Below are positions 17,076 through 31,232 of a stretch of 64,000 bases of DNA, one piece after another. A program made the position numbers and the translations under genes. Each line of letters begins with the position of its first letter. The first letter of the stretch is position 1. A model generated the notes under the pieces. It worked only from the letters and a program-made list of their open reading frames with translations. It was not told where the DNA came from and searched no databases. The DNA is from Octopus vulgaris (Eukaryota), in NCBI GenBank assembly GCA_951406725.2, contig OX597815.1, forward strand, positions 94,736,001 to 94,800,000, in the 5' to 3' direction.

Positions 17076-18192
17076 AAATAGGAAACCAATGTCAACAGGT
17101 CAGTAAAAAGTACTCAACAGTTCTAATAACTCATCTGATGCTATTTAAAAGTAAACACCTTCAAAACAAGAGTAAGGAAATTTACAAGCATTTTTCATCT
17201 TACCTTTTTCCTACTTTTGGTATAGCTTCATATATATTCTTTGATGTCACCATAGTAAAGTAAACCGAAATATGAAGAAAAAACCACAAAAGAGCTCCAG
17301 TGCAAAACCGTTTGATTCTTATGAAGGAAATGAAATAATCTCATTTGTTATCTTAGACAAACTTAGCCAAAACTGTATAAAAAATTATATTGAACATCAA
17401 ATAAAAGCCTGGGTTTATGACTATATTCCAGTTACTAGTTTTGTGTGCGACATAGACTATAAAAACTACTTGTATGACGAAGTACCTTAGTTCTGCAAGA
17501 ATAAGCAATGCGCAGAAAAGCAGCATTTACACATAATACTGGGTATCAACATAAATGAAAGGCAACCAATAAACTGCCATTAAGTAAACGGTCGAAGTTA
17601 GCTACTGCAAATCAATCAATTCCTTAATATAGTCATTGTTGAAGTTACCATTAATAATTAGCACTGGGCCGTTATTGATTCAGTAGATCAAAAACGTCCC
17701 AGCAGTTACCATCGCATCATGTTTTTAGCATTATTATTACATGTACCCCTCTATTTTTAAGACTTTAGGGTTTGATAAGAGCGAGATTTGCCTGATAAAT
17801 AACAATGGGCTAATTAGCTAGATTCTACTTCGTAGCAAGAATCTTCCTCATCGGTTCATTATTACTACTATTAACCAGTTGGTTAGCAAACGAACGTATT
17901 CTGTATGAAAAAATGAAAACGGGGAAATATTTTCCGGAATAGCTATGCATTTTCACTTCAACGTAATTCACTTCAATATAATTATTGTATCTCCAAAGGA
18001 ATACATCGTTCTGTTATCTGCAAATCTTTCTACAACATTAAATCAAATTTTTCTCACCTTAACGTTTTGATGAGAAATAACACTGAATAAATGGCTGATA
18101 GCAACACGTTGATATCAATTCATATTATATTATTACAGTCAGTTTGTCAATTTCAAGATGTAAATTTAATTTTATTAAATATTACGCAGGCA

Positions 18193-18294
<102 letters not shown>

Positions 18295-19009
18295 CATTGG
18301 TGGTACGTTCTTTTCACACGATCAGACACTGCATATCGTACACGGTGTTGCTTTGTGCATCGATCAATTGAGAGTAGTTTCACTGAAACACTCACGGAGT
18401 ACTGTTAACTTGTTGATATAGTAATTGTTTTATAGTGAACACCAGAAGGAACAGTACATATAAAGCAACATTTAAATTGAAAGTTTTGGTTACTACAGAG
18501 CAGATACTAATTCTATTTTATTTCATATAACGTGATCTAAAATCACATAGGTTTTATTTCAAACTAGTAACAATGCAGCAATGGTACAAATCATCTGTGA
18601 TGTGTACAATAAAATCAATGAAGAAACGTTGCAAATAAGGTTTTGATGTGAGATTGGTGGTGGGTGTGTACGTGTATGCACAATATAAGTTTATATTGCA
18701 TTAATTTGTAAGCTATAAATTGATTTGTATGAGTGTGGCGAGGTCGGTTGATAACTTGTAAAGAAATGTGTTTTATACAACCATCTTGAACGAATAAATT
18801 GTTCAATGCATGTTTCAATGAACAAGAGCAAAATATAATTACTTGTATATTTTAGACCTATTTCTGTTTAGAGTATGGTATTTTGGATTCAAATAAATAT
18901 TTCAAAACTAAAAAATATAATCTATTGAGTTGTCATATATGTAAGAAACTCGTTAACTACTTTCATCTCGAGAGCTGTGGCCATGTTGGGGCACCACCGT
19001 TAGTTTTCC

Positions 19010-20340
19010 AACACTTTCATTACTTCAAAACCTCTGACTTGTGCATTTGGTGAATGAAGGCGTTTGATGTTGCTGCACTCATGTGCGTTTCCTGCCGCGA
19101 TGTAGGTTCGTCCGAAACGCTTGACAGGAAGTATTTTGGGAGGATATTGGAAAAACTGTGAACCCTTGAATCTCAAGCTATAGCAGTATCTGGCCGTCAT
19201 CTTGAGGATGCATCTTTGGCACAATGTATAAGCGCCCAGTTCTAGTGTTTGTGTAACACTCAGTGCCAAAGTTTGGTACAAGTCCTTCCAGGATTTTGCA
19301 AATGTATATCACTACATACCTTTCCGGCCTTCGTTCTAGGAAATAGTTTTTTTAACTTTTTCAGCCTCTCCCTGTATCTGATCAGTCGTATTGAGATGAT
19401 CTTTGTGTAGCTTCGCTGGATTGCTTCGAGTTTCGCCTTTAATTTTATATTGTTTGATGACCATAGCTGGGAGCAATAGACATAGCAGTTGCGGTCAAAT
19501 GTCCTCCAAAAGACCTTTATTGTTTCCCATTCTGTAGTTCCGAAAGGTCTAAGGATCTATCTGGTCAACTTCTGTATTTTATTATCAACTTAGTAATACG
19601 CACATGGAAAGATGCATCATTACTCACGTCAGTACCCCGGTCTGATTCTGATTTAGATATTCAAATCCCTTCTAGGCCAGAGTATCCTTCCTGCATTTCA
19701 TTAATATTCTGTGCAGGGAGCGCAGGACTGGGACTTTTCTAGCATTAGACTGCATGCTGTTGTCCTCAGTCCACTTGCATATAGTGTGCAACACCTGTTG
19801 CAGGTGCGCAACTCTCATGAAAGAATTCTCTTGGAGAATTTTATCTCGTCTGCATAGAAAGCGGTTGGTTGTTTGTGCAACTGAGTGCATGTCTGAAAGA
19901 GGAACAATGAGTAGCAATGGTTCTACGGTAGTACCCTTGTGGAACGTCCCTCACTATTTGTGTTTCATTAGAGGAAGCACCATTGACCACCACTGCCTGG
20001 ATTCTATCTTTTAAAAAGCGAGATATTGCAGCTTGTGACATATCATACCATGATCGACTTTAGCAAACGTTTTTGAAAGGTAGCGATATATCACATTCAC
20101 ATTTGAGTTGTAGAGTAGTTGCTTTAACATCCTGCCGTAGTCCTGTTAGAGTTGCGTCAGAGTACTTCTACCTGTCGAAAGCCATGTTACTTATTAGTTA
20201 GCAAGTCATTCTCGTCAAGGAACACAACTGGTTTCGTTCTAACAATTCATTCCATAACTTTTCTGATGTGATGCCAGAGAGATGGGCTTTTAGAGTTTAG
20301 CATCTTGCCTCCTTTATAGACAATGCATATTATTCCCATA
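19010..20340 (-). mobile_element. Degenerate CR1/L2-group LINE ORF2 fragment
   Basis: Minus-strand remnants KPISLASHQKVME, FLDENDLL, FAKVDHG and FLKDRIQAVVVNGASSNETQIVRDVPQG. Confidence 0.72.
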
Positions 20341-21139
20341 TAAAGTTATGAATATATATACATATATAAACAAGTGATGTCATTAAATTTACAACCATAG
20401 AGATCTTGAACTTTTCTTACGCTTTAACTACTTCATCGTATCTAATTGTTAATATAACTCAATGACACTGAACGTTCGGCCATGCATGATTGTTATGAAA
20501 TTCATCGAACACTTGAATTTGCATTACTGCCTATATCTTTGGAAATTATTGAATATTGGAATTTTTTATCAATATTTGATATTTTAAGCTTGTTTTCCAG
20601 AGTTTTCCCTTATACTTTCAATCTCTCCTAATCTGTTTTCTTTTATATTTACCATCGAAAAGCAAAAAGAGAAAAGAAAAGAAATGTCGAACCCGACTTG
20701 GTATCTTAATAAATCTGTTACAAAATTTAAAAATTAATATATGCATGAATGTGTATGCATTCTTGCATTCGTTCAACCATACATATATCATACATACAAG
20801 TATACACATAGCACACTACAGAACAGCACAGGCACCTCACAATACCATATCTCTGAAGATTTCCTGAAAAAGGGAGCCCGAAGTACTGAAGCAGAAGTTC
20901 AAGGTACAAACCACCGGCTTGTATTATTTCTTATATTACTTAATTACATATAGTTATCACACATGAGTCGCAAAAATATTTTCCGTTGCTTATATATTCA
21001 TAAGTACCAAAAGAACAAAAATAATAATATCAATAATATTACAAAGGATTGTAATAAGAAATAATACTAATACCAATAATAGAAATATCAACAACCACAA
21101 CAACAATAATAACAGTGATAATAGTTCTTCCTATTGTGA

Positions 21140-21300
21140 GAACAAGGCTTGAAATTTTGGAGGAGGGGCTAGTCGATTACATCAAGCCTAAATGTTGGAT
21201 TGGTACTTATTTTATCGACCCGGAGAGAATGAAAGGTCAGGTCGAACTCGGCGGAATTTCCAACTCAAAACGTAAAGTCAGAAGAAATGCTGCTACGAAA
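21140..21300 (-). mobile_element. Degenerate SINE (family of 41218)
   Basis: TGGTACTTATTTTATCGACCCGGAGAGAATGAAAGGTCAGGTCGAACTCGGCGGAATT is the reverse complement of the family core. Confidence 0.8.
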
Positions 21301-21504
21301 TGTTTGATGTACAAGAGACAATAATGGTTTTAAATCTGAAATATAAGAAACATGTACTGCAAATTCTTTTTACTATAACCCAAACTTGAGATGTTTAAAA
21401 TCGAAATAGAAACTACCATTTTTAAAAGAGCTTCATCTGTCATTCTTATTTATGAAGTGAAAGCGTGCACATCATAGTTTAATATTAAATTTCACTCCCC
21501 TACA

Positions 21505-22590
21505 ATGAATGAACTTAAAGTGCATATTCGACATGTGACGTGGGAGTTTAAGAATGGAAACAAATGCTACAGACATAGCTAATGAAGTGTTTATCGCCAA
21601 GGTATTATTACTAACCGGCAAGTGCGAAATCGGCTTCCAGAATTTCGTTCCGGAGATTTGTCATTGAGTGATCAACTCAGACCAGGACTCACATCAGACT
21701 TCAATCAAGATGCTTTAAGAGAACTAGCGGAATTCAGTCCTCGTAAAAGTACTCGGGAATTAGAAATTGAGCTCAGCACATCCCAGTCCAATATCTGCCG
21801 CCGCTTGAAAAAAGATAGGAAAAGCCAGCAAGTTGGGTGTTTGGGTCCCCCATATTCTTAGTGAGAAGAATAGCGACACGAAATGATTCTTATTGTATTC
21901 TGTCCTGTTATGGTTTATTTAGAAAAGGTATATTAACTTTCATCATCTTTGTAGATGTTCCGACACTAGTTGTGTCCGTGATGGAGAAGAAAGTATATAT
22001 GTATTAGGGTGTTGTGAATCAAGGTATCGATTTATCCTCAGAAAGGAGACAGTCTAATTGCTGCCAGTAGTGTAGACTTCTCTAAAATGCATAGTCTTCT
22101 TTCAAGACAGAAAAATTATTTGTTTCTGAATAATATTACAGATGATGTAAAATGAGTCTTTTATGTTCAACGTAAAAAGCAGTGGAATCACAAGGATAAA
22201 TCTCCACAACTTACATCAAAGGCTGAGCTCTATAGAAGGAAGGTTATGCTGCGTGTATGATGGGATCACCGTGGGATTATTCATTTAGAGTTTTTAAACC
22301 GCAATCAAACACTAAATGCCGACTTATACTCTCAACAGCTGCAACGTGTGCACAAAAGTCTTTGAAGGAAACACCCTGCACTCGTCGGTCGGAGCGTTGT
22401 GCTTCTGCGTGATAACGCAAGACCACTTTCAGCAAGAATCAGGCTGGGTAAAATACTGGATTTGGGTTGGTCTGTTCTATACCTTCCACCATAATTACCA
22501 GACCTTGCACCAATTGATTTGTACCTTTTTCGCTCTCTAAAAGATGCTCTGATAGTAAAAAAAAATTCTCATGCTGACGAGCATTTTGCC
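21505..22590 (+). mobile_element. Degenerate mariner transposase, interrupted by a 215-bp insert
   Basis: Motifs FRSGDLSLSDQLRPG, WVPHILSEKN, WDHRGIIH, DNARP and PDLAPIDLYLF in broken frames. TIRs were not recognised. Confidence 0.85.
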
Positions 22591-23037
22591 CAGAGCAGGA
22601 ACGATTTTGTCTGTTCAACGCCTTGTGTTTGAAACCAAAATTGATTTGTAAAATGCTCAACACTGCAAATACAGACACAGGTGCATGTTATATGTAGATT
22701 ATTGCAGCTGCCTACAGTCAAGCAGTTTCGAAGTCATTACAACCCACACTATATCATACACAAAATAATACAAGCTGCCAAATATATTACTCTAAAACTT
22801 ATAATAGTTTCGAAAAGAAAAAGAAATGATTCTCATTGTGTTCCGTCATGTTATGGCTTATTTAGAAAAGGTATATTAGCTTCCGTCATCTTTGTAGATG
22901 TTCCGATACTGGTTGTGTACGTGATGGAGAAGAAAGCATATATGTATTAGGGTGTCGGGCATCAAGGTATCGATTTATTCTCAGAAAGGAGACAGTCTAA
23001 TTGCTGCCAGCAGTGTAGACTTCTCTAATATGCATAG
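21880..23037 (+). repeat. 215-bp direct repeat pair (21880-22094 and 22823-23037)
   Basis: Both copies run GAAATGATTCT...AGAAAGGAGACAGTCTAATTGCTGCCAG.AGTGTAGACTTCTCTAA.ATGCATAG. Confidence 0.92.
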
Positions 23038-24194
23038 AAAGTCGAGTTAGTAGTGATATATCAGGTAACAAAATATGAAGAATATTTAAGAGATTTTTCT
23101 CAAGCTTATCACTACTCCGCTTTATATATATATATTTATGTTTTACTGTATTTACTTTTGCCAACACAGAATTTTAGTGGTTCCTTTCAAGAACCATTCT
23201 TATTAATCACAGTAATATTTTCATCCATCGTTTGTTGAAACTGTAAATTTGCTGATAATCTCATCTCCGCCTTGCACAAAACTAAGAAAAACAAAAACAA
23301 AAATAAAACAAACAACTTCTCTATATCAAACTAAAATTAAAATGATTGTAAGTCACTCATATCAGTTGGTTTCTTGATAGCTGCATTTATATCTTGTAAT
23401 TTGCAACTTTTGATTTCGTGGTTAAAGAAGAAAGAAAAAATTGAAGTAAAAGGCTGATGTTTTCCACAACATGAAAAAGGGTTTAATTAACTTTCACCAT
23501 ATTTTCAATTACAATTGATTAGACAACACACAATGCATTTCATGTATCATTCCATCTGTAATATGCAGATCTATAAGCATGATAACTTTAATTATACAAT
23601 GAGAAATCGTATTTATTAGTTCTTATTATTAACTGCTTTCGCATATTAATTAGCAACCTTTGTAGACGGGAAAAAATTTAACTGAGAAAAAACAATATGT
23701 TAAATCACGAGATTTTAATAAAACTCTCATTAAATCACTCAATATTAACTAAGTTACAGGAAATATTTTCCCACTTCACTAGTCAATGTAAGAATATTAG
23801 AAAACTTTTAAAGCAAATTCACTTTGATCAGTATGCGCATATTCACACAATTACACACACACACACGCACAAACACACACACACACGCTCGCACACACGC
23901 ACGCACGCACGCACACATATTTATACAATAACACATCTACACACATATATCGTAAGAGATAATTATTTACTTGCTTCGAACATTGTCTCCTGCATCGCAT
24001 CGTGATATATTTATGTGTTTCTGGTTTTTCAAAGCTTCGATGTGTAAAGGCTGTAGTTAATAGAAATAATAGATGTTTCTCTACAATCTTTACAACCTTA
24101 TAGATACGTGGGTAACGATGAATAGAGGTTTATTAGGACCCCATGTTATATTTGGCTCCCATGTTATATTATATAATTTATTTGGCCTCCACTA

Positions 24195-24350
24195 GACATG
24201 GTTTTGTGGTTAAAAAATTCGATTCGCAGGTGAGAGATTTCGAGTTCTATCTAATTGCGCAGGTCTTTGAGCTAAGTCTTCTCCCATCAACTGGAAGCAA
24301 ACGAAAGCCTTCATGAATGAAAATTATTAAACGAAATCTCTATGGAAATA
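24195..24350 (+). mobile_element. Highly degenerate tRNA-derived SINE
   Basis: CATGGTTTTGTGGTTAA...GAGTTCTATC...TCTTTGAGCTAAGTCTTCT...AAAGCCTT follows the layout of the 57831 family. Confidence 0.45.
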
Positions 24351-24641
24351 CATTTGGAGAAGTCATTTAACCGTACTAGTTGTACGGTTAAAATCACCAT
24401 CTGGCCATTGAGTGGCTCTGAGAGAGTCCGCAACATTACACGAATTCGGACAAGATCTATGATGTGAAATTAACTTTTTTTCTTTTTTTCCGTTCCATAG
24501 TTTCTGAGAAGGGCCATATAGAATATCTCTGATCCTCTCACTGAGCATTTAAGCAAAAATAAAAAAAAATAAACCTTCATCACATAGACTATCAATTGTT
24601 ATAGCAATTACGCGTCCCTGCAAACTTCTACGACTAGCTTA

Positions 24642-25935
24642 CGAGGGGCGTTCAATAAGTAATGCCCCTGACCCACTTCCCATTGCAGTAGAGCAACGAA
24701 ACTTGGCTCAGTTGTTAGTCTTTTACTGCATAGGAACCACCCAGAGTTACGCATTTCTCCCATTCTTTGATGCAGCTCTGGAGACCGTTTTTGTAGAAGA
24801 CCCCCAGCTTGGTCCTCCAACCACGACGTGACTTCAGAAATCAAGGCTGCATCATCTGGGAAACGCTTTCCTTTCAAAAACAACTTCATGGCTGGGAAGG
24901 GCTGAAAATCAGAGGGTGCAGGGTCGGGAGAGTAGGGAGGATGGGGGAGGAGTTCATAGCTGCACGCTTGTGCTTCTGATCTGGCGACACGCGAGTTGTG
25001 GACTGGAGCGTTGGCCTGCAGGAGGAGGATGCCTTTGCTGATCTTGCCCCGCCTCTTGATTTTGATAGCTTCTCTTAATTTCATCAAAAGTGAAGCATAA
25101 TAGGCTCCAGTAATTGTGGTACCCTTTGCCAGGAAATCTGTCATCACTACTCCGTCCTGGTCCCAGAAGACTGTGAGCATGACCTTGCCAGCGGAGGGTT
25201 GCACTCTTGCCTTCTTTGGAGGAGGTGAGTTACGGTGCTTCCACTGCATTGACTGGGATTTGGTCTCTGGATCATAGTGATGGACCCAGGTTTCATCCTG
25301 TGTAATCAGTCTTTTGAAAAATTTTGACTCATCTTCTTGGCACATCTTCAAATTCATCTTCGAGCACTAGACGCGTTCTTGCTTCTGGAAAGGTGTGAGC
25401 AACCTGGGAATCCATCTGGCAGACACCTTTTGCATATGCAAATGGTCATGAATGATAGTTTCCACAGGCCTGGTACTAATCTTGACCTCATGTGCTATTT
25501 GGCGAATAGTTATGCGTCGATCTTGCAAAATGGCAGCCTCAACTTGACGGACAGATACCTCATAAATAGCAGAAGGGGGGCGACCAGTTCTGGGAGCTGT
25601 TTCCACAGAGTTCCGACCATGTTTGAATTCACGATGCCAGCGTTTTACAAGGTCATATGATGGAGCATCATCACCATAAGTTACTTTCATTTTATCAAAA
25701 GTCCCCCGAGGTGTGCGTCCTTTCAAATACAAAAACCGGATCACTGCTCGATACTCAACAGGCTCCATTTCACACTTGACTCAGTTCAAACACATGTAAA
25801 TCAGAAACCACAACTAGTTCATAGCTGTAATTTGCCACGTAATCTATAGAGATATAAATAATTGCACATGCAAAATTTCAACTAAATCAAACAACTGCAA
25901 GTGGGTCAGGGGCATTACTTATTGAACGTCCCTCG
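24642..25935 (-). mobile_element. mariner transposon (irritans-like), full-length, 1294 bp
   Basis: TIRs CGAGGGGCGTTCAATAAGTAATGCCCCTGACCCACTT / AAGTGGGTCAGGGGCATTACTTATTGAACGTCCCTCG, with TA duplications. Confidence 0.96.
24715..25768 (-). pseudogene. mariner DD34D transposase with an in-frame stop at 25367, second catalytic D changed to A, and a C-terminal frameshift
   Basis: MEPVEYRAVIRF, RTGRP, WIPRLL, TQDETW, LLQANAPVH, YSPDPAPSDF. Confidence 0.9.
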
Positions 25936-28900
25936 TAGTTCAAGTAGGCTAACGGTAGAAAAAATGTGGACGAAGAAATGAATTTCAGTTAAGTTTCTGA
26001 AGTGGGTTAGGTAGACACCAGAAATGAGCATTTTAAATTGAACGTGATATAGTAAGACTCAATAAGACTGTTGTGAGAGAGAAAGGGGTCTAAGTTCTAT
26101 GTAGCTCAATTAAATACAGGAGCAGTAAACTTCTAATAGTAGTGAGAGAATAAACGGTAGGAGTAAACAACGTGCCAATGAAGTATTGGTTATTGAGAAA
26201 TGAACATCTGCTAAACAACCGATTAACTGTTCTTCGATATTAGTGAGTGGAGCAACAGCAACTATGTGAGTAAAACTCTGAAGTTTACAAAACTGGAGAC
26301 TTGCAGAATAGTAGAAAATGATAACTGATGAAATGATCTTAATTACAAATTGGATGTTCTATTATTGCCCGTTCGAAAATCAAAATAGCTTCCCTTTTCT
26401 CAAAGTTTGAAGCACCCCATTTTCATTATTTATTAAATTTCTAGGTATCAGAATACTAATAAAATATGCGAAATAGCGAATTTTAATAAAGCAGTGACTA
26501 TTTTATATGTATATGGACCAAGACATTCTGAGATCAGGGAAAATTGGTGATGCTCTGCTTAGTCAACAAATATTCAATAAGACAGTTAAAAGGGGAACGC
26601 AATGGGTTCCGTTGTTGTGGGGAGTGTAGAATCTGATTTTTCGGATATTGCCATACCATCAGGAATGACAGATAGTGAAAAATCTAGGCATGTAAAAGTT
26701 TAATTCGTTACAAGAGACAACGGTACTCCCGGCAATTGAAATATTTTAAGTTTTTCTTTTGCATGTGCACACGCGATGAATGGTCGTCTGAGATTTGAAG
26801 CACTGCACTTGTAGTTTCTTTTCAGAGGCTAGTTGCATACTTTTTGTATGAAGAGTGGTTATGTTTGAAAATATGTGACCTGGTGTGTGCAGCAGTTGTT
26901 TCTTGATATTTTTGAAGGTGACTAAGTTGTAGTTGTGCATATTAAATGCTATACAGATATGACGGTGTTTATGAAGGGTGATATATGTCATATTAATAAA
27001 ATTTGATGACTTGGGAGAGAAGTAAAAGAGATGTAATAAGATATAGCCAATGAATATCGAAAGACTCGAATGACATAACTCGGAGACAGTGAGAGAATTC
27101 TTATATAAACTTAGAAGAAAGAGAAAGTACTGCTGCAGCGAGTAGAATACTTTGCTGCTGGTATACAAATGAAAGATGAAATTAATGGGGAGGGAGGATA
27201 CAAAGTAATCGTCATGTAAACGTGAAATATAGAGTAGAGCTAGGCGAGTAGATTTGCGCTAGATAGCGTGGGTGATCTATTGGGGACTTTTACAGAAATA
27301 GCATGTGATTTATGTTGTTACTCTTGTTCACCCCCTAGCTGGATCAGATCGAAAAGATTTATAACAAAAATTGCCTATTTGAATATAATTTTATACTTAA
27401 AGCCACATTATCTAGTATATTCTTTCTTTTGTTAAGATGGTAAGGAGTGAGTTGAAAGAAACTTGATTGCTACTATTTGAATATGGATTGGATTTGCAAT
27501 TGCTCTTATGTTACAGAGGGAGAGAGAGTGAGCAGTGCCAATGATCCGCCGAAGGAAATATATTGTTTGAAAGTGAAAGAATCGTATGTCTGATTCTATA
27601 AATCGCTAGTCGCACGTCAATGACATTAAATGACTATCTTGTTAGCTTGTTATGTACCCATTGTTATGATGTAGTTGCCATAAATTGAGGAAGAGAGAAT
27701 ACTCTATTATACCCCAGCTGCTAGTATGTCTTCTGATCCATCACCTATATTTCGGACTTCCGTCGGTGTTTAGCCTCAGGTTAACTCTTATTGAACCGAT
27801 ATATGACCATCAAAATAGTGACCATCTCGTCATTTTTATTTACATATTTACATGTAGACCTAGAAGCATTATGTAAACAATGTATGTAAGTCTCCATTAT
27901 TTAACGTATCATTCTTTTAACACTGTAAAGTGAATTTGAGCAAGATTTCACTGATATGTATTGCAATTCGAGTAAACCATGTGGAAACTCCAACGTTGCA
28001 TCGCCGACTTCTGTTCTGTAAGAAAGCGAGTTTTAGTCCTTTCTAAAAGATTTTCTCTGGCACTCAGTGACGCTACACAAAAGGTAGAGTATTCGAAAGT
28101 AACGTCTGGAATGAGCTTGTTACATAAATAACGCAGGGATTGAAATAGCGAAATTAGTTTCTTATAATCTAATAAATATGTTGTGCTGAAAGCAACTTCA
28201 AAGTGTGGAAAGAATTTTTAAAATACACTCCTTAGTCTTCAGGTGACAAAAATACAAAGTATAAGTTCCAAACTTTTATTTTGATTTTAAAAGTTTTATA
28301 TGTTATTTCAGCGAATGTATTTTTATTATGAAATTCCCGTATAACGAAAGAAAAAATTCAAAATTATGTAAACATCTGTCTACTCACAAATATCGTGTAT
28401 ACTATTAATGGTAATTTAGAAATGTAAGGTGTACAATGTTCACTATGCACTTAAAAAAATAAATATAAATATGAAAATGTATGGTGAAACGTTAGGGTAC
28501 ATCATTATTATGAATGTTTCTTAATAATAGAATACATAAAAAATATAATAAATACATTCTGCAGTAAATTATCGTGGCTGAATGAGTGATGCTATGACCT
28601 TCGAGGCAGCTATTAGTAACTAAGGTAGTCATCAGTAACTAAGGCCGATTTCTCAAATTACCACAATTGTTTATGAATATTTTTCATGCATCATTATTTT
28701 CTTGTTACGTCTCTTATGACTTCAGAAACGAAACGAATAAGTAGTCCAGCAGTTCAATGCATTATAATTTTGTATACGATGTCTGTATAAAACATAGATG
28801 AAGATATTAAAAAAAATATATATACTGCCTTACTTATAATCTAATCAAGCTTGTCTCCTTCGCAATAGTTTCCGCCAAAATGATGCGCCACTCCTGCTAA

Positions 28901-29350
28901 TTTCTTTTCGCTATTGAAATGCTTCATGATCGAGTTTTGGTGGGTAGAACACACTTATCGTAGCAATGTTAGATCTAGCTCGTTTATCATCTGGAATTGG
29001 CGCTCTTTTAGGGTGGATTTCAGCACAGGGCGGCTGAAAGGTGAAAGTTACCACATGAAATTACTAAAGATTCAATGATGAGGTATGATGGGTAAGCAGT
29101 TAAATAGTATCGTCCTACGTTAGTCATGACTTGCTTCTCATTATCATAGTCAATCGGACTGAAACAAGTAAAAGAATAAAGAATTATATTCGAAATAATA
29201 AGATAATATTCCAAATAATATGACAAATACTTTAACACATCTTTAGTGATGATTTACAACTCTACTTGAAACGCCAGTATGCACAAAAATTTAAAGTAAA
29301 AATTTACGTAATATTATCGGTTTTACAATATTTGCGAATATGAATTTGTT

Positions 29351-29545
29351 TTGCAAGATTCCTGGTGTGTAATCGTGTGTTGAAGCATATTGTTATATTT
29401 CGGGATGATCATTTTTGTCTTGCCAAATAAACACACGCACTATATATTCGTTCTTTACTCATTTAGTATTGTTTTTCTTTCCTCATATGTCCATTGTCCA
29501 ACAATAGACATTAGATAAAATAAGAACAATAATAAACGAGTAATT
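29351..29545. mobile_element. Internally deleted copy of the MITE-like foldback at 35312
   Basis: Shares TTGCAAGATTCCTGGT.TG.AAT..GTGTGTTGAAGCA, CTATATATTCG and AAAATAAGAACAATAATAAA with 35312-35700. Confidence 0.65.
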
Positions 29546-30114
29546 AACAATATTTGCGAACTTTTGCGTAAATTGGCGTTGCAACTACAGTCGGTACAGC
29601 GACAACTATAATTGGTGATTAAATATGTTTATTTCTTGTCTTATTATTTGGATTATATTTCACTTTTCACTAAAACAAAACAAAGGTTTTACTATTTGGA
29701 GCCAGGATTTTCTACGCCTGAAGAATTTCGGTACTAGTCTGGAACACGTGCTGAGGAAGAGGAGGCTATAATGGCAGTCCAGTAACCGGTCCAAGTGAGT
29801 CCAAATACTTGAATGTATGTTGAAAGATTGTCCTGACACTTTGCTCGCAGACGGTTGATTTCTGTATGAATCATCAGTGATTTTTTACTGTTATTTCCAG
29901 CAGGTAGATATACATAGTATGCCCTTTGATTAATTTTAATCCTTCAGTTATTTAATGCTTTTTGAGGCTTCAATCGCCTATATTATTGATACTGTTATCA
30001 TCAGTTTTAATTGTTACACTAGATAATAACAGGGGCAAAAATATCTTCGCATAAATTTTACTCCTGAATTACTTGCTCGAAGGCAGTTTTCTCTTGTGTT
30101 TAAATGTACACTAT

Positions 30115-30327
30115 TTTACTCTTTTAATTGTTTCGGTCATTCGACGGTGGCCATGCTGGAGCAGCGCTTTTAGTTGAGCAAATCGACCCCAGAACTTATT
30201 CTTTGTAAGCCTAGTATTTATTCTATCGGTCTCTTTTGCCGAACCGCTAAGTTACGGGGACGTAAACACACCAGCATCGGTTGTCAAGCGATGTTGGGGG
30301 GACAACCACAGACACACAAACACACAC

Positions 30328-30378
<51 letters not shown>

Positions 30379-30530
30379 AACGATGGGTTTCTTACAATTT
30401 CCGTCTACCAAATACTCTCACAAGGCTTTGGTCGGCCCGAGGCTATAGTAGAAGACACTTGTCCAAGGTGTCACGCAGTGGGACTCAACCCATGGCCATG
30501 GTTGGTAAGCAAGCTACTTACTAGCCACAA
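30115..30530 (-). mobile_element. tRNA-derived (CORE-like) SINE with internal (CA)/(TA)n
   Basis: Reverse complement of the 57831-58128 family: AGCTTGCTTACCAACCA, CACCTTGGACAAGTGTCTTCTACTATAGCCTCGGGCCGACCAAAGCCTTGTGAGAG and TGCTCCAGCATGGCCAC. Confidence 0.88.
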
Positions 30531-30712
30531 TTATATAGACACATAATACACAAATACATATATACATATATATGTATTTCTACATGAATATATATATATA
30601 TATATATATATATAACGGGAAGCTTTATGAAAATAAACAAAAGACGAAGGCAGGTGGAAAACAAACGAACAATTGTATCAGTATGGCGCTCAGGAAATAT
30701 AAATAAAACAAG

Positions 30713-30750
30713 TCTTTAACGTTTCGAGCCTACGCTCTTCAACAGAAAGA
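30713..30750 (-). ncRNA. Minimal type I hammerhead-like motif (variant core)
   Basis: UCUUU-CUGUUGAA-GAGC GUAG GCUC-GAAAC-GUU-AAAGA. Stems I and II pair; stem III is the palindrome ACGU. Confidence 0.72.
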
Positions 30751-30923
30751 TACACAGAGAGAGAAAAACACAGAAAGAAGGAGAGAAAAAAAATGCGTGC
30801 AGTAGCTAACGAATCAACATGGCGATCTGATTTCGGCCAGAGGTCAAAGATCAAACATGAGACGCGAGAGCGAAATAAGGGGAGATAATAGGGTTGATAA
30901 AAGGGTTTAGGGACCAGCTAAAA

Positions 30924-31232
30924 GTGCGTGGGAGGGGTCTGGATGTGTGTATGTATAGGGTTGGTGTATGTATTAGTATGTATAAGGGTGTGTGTGTGTG
31001 TGTGTGTGTGTATGAGAGAGTATTAGTGCGTAAGATTGGTCTGGACGTGCGTATGTATGGGGTTGGTGTATGTATTAGTATGTATTAGTATGTATTAGTA
31101 CGTATTGGTATGTATAGGTGTGTGTGTGTGTGTGTGAGAGAGTATAAGTGCGTATGCGGGGTCTGGACGTGTGTATGTATAGGGTTGGTGTAAGTATTAG
31201 TATGTACTGGTATGTATTAGTACGTATTAGTA
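30924..31232. repeat. Three tandem ~100-120-bp units in the Penelope 3' UTR
   Basis: GGTCTGGA(T/C)GTG.GTATGTAT.GGGTTGGTGTA.GTATTAGTATGTA occurs three times. Confidence 0.85.

Noticed and set aside
17272-17490. 72-aa ATG ORF
   Set aside because: No recognisable motif or splice context.
29715-29756. CTGAAGAA...GGAACACGTGCT hammerhead-like string
   Set aside because: No stem II, and both GAAA and the triplet are altered.
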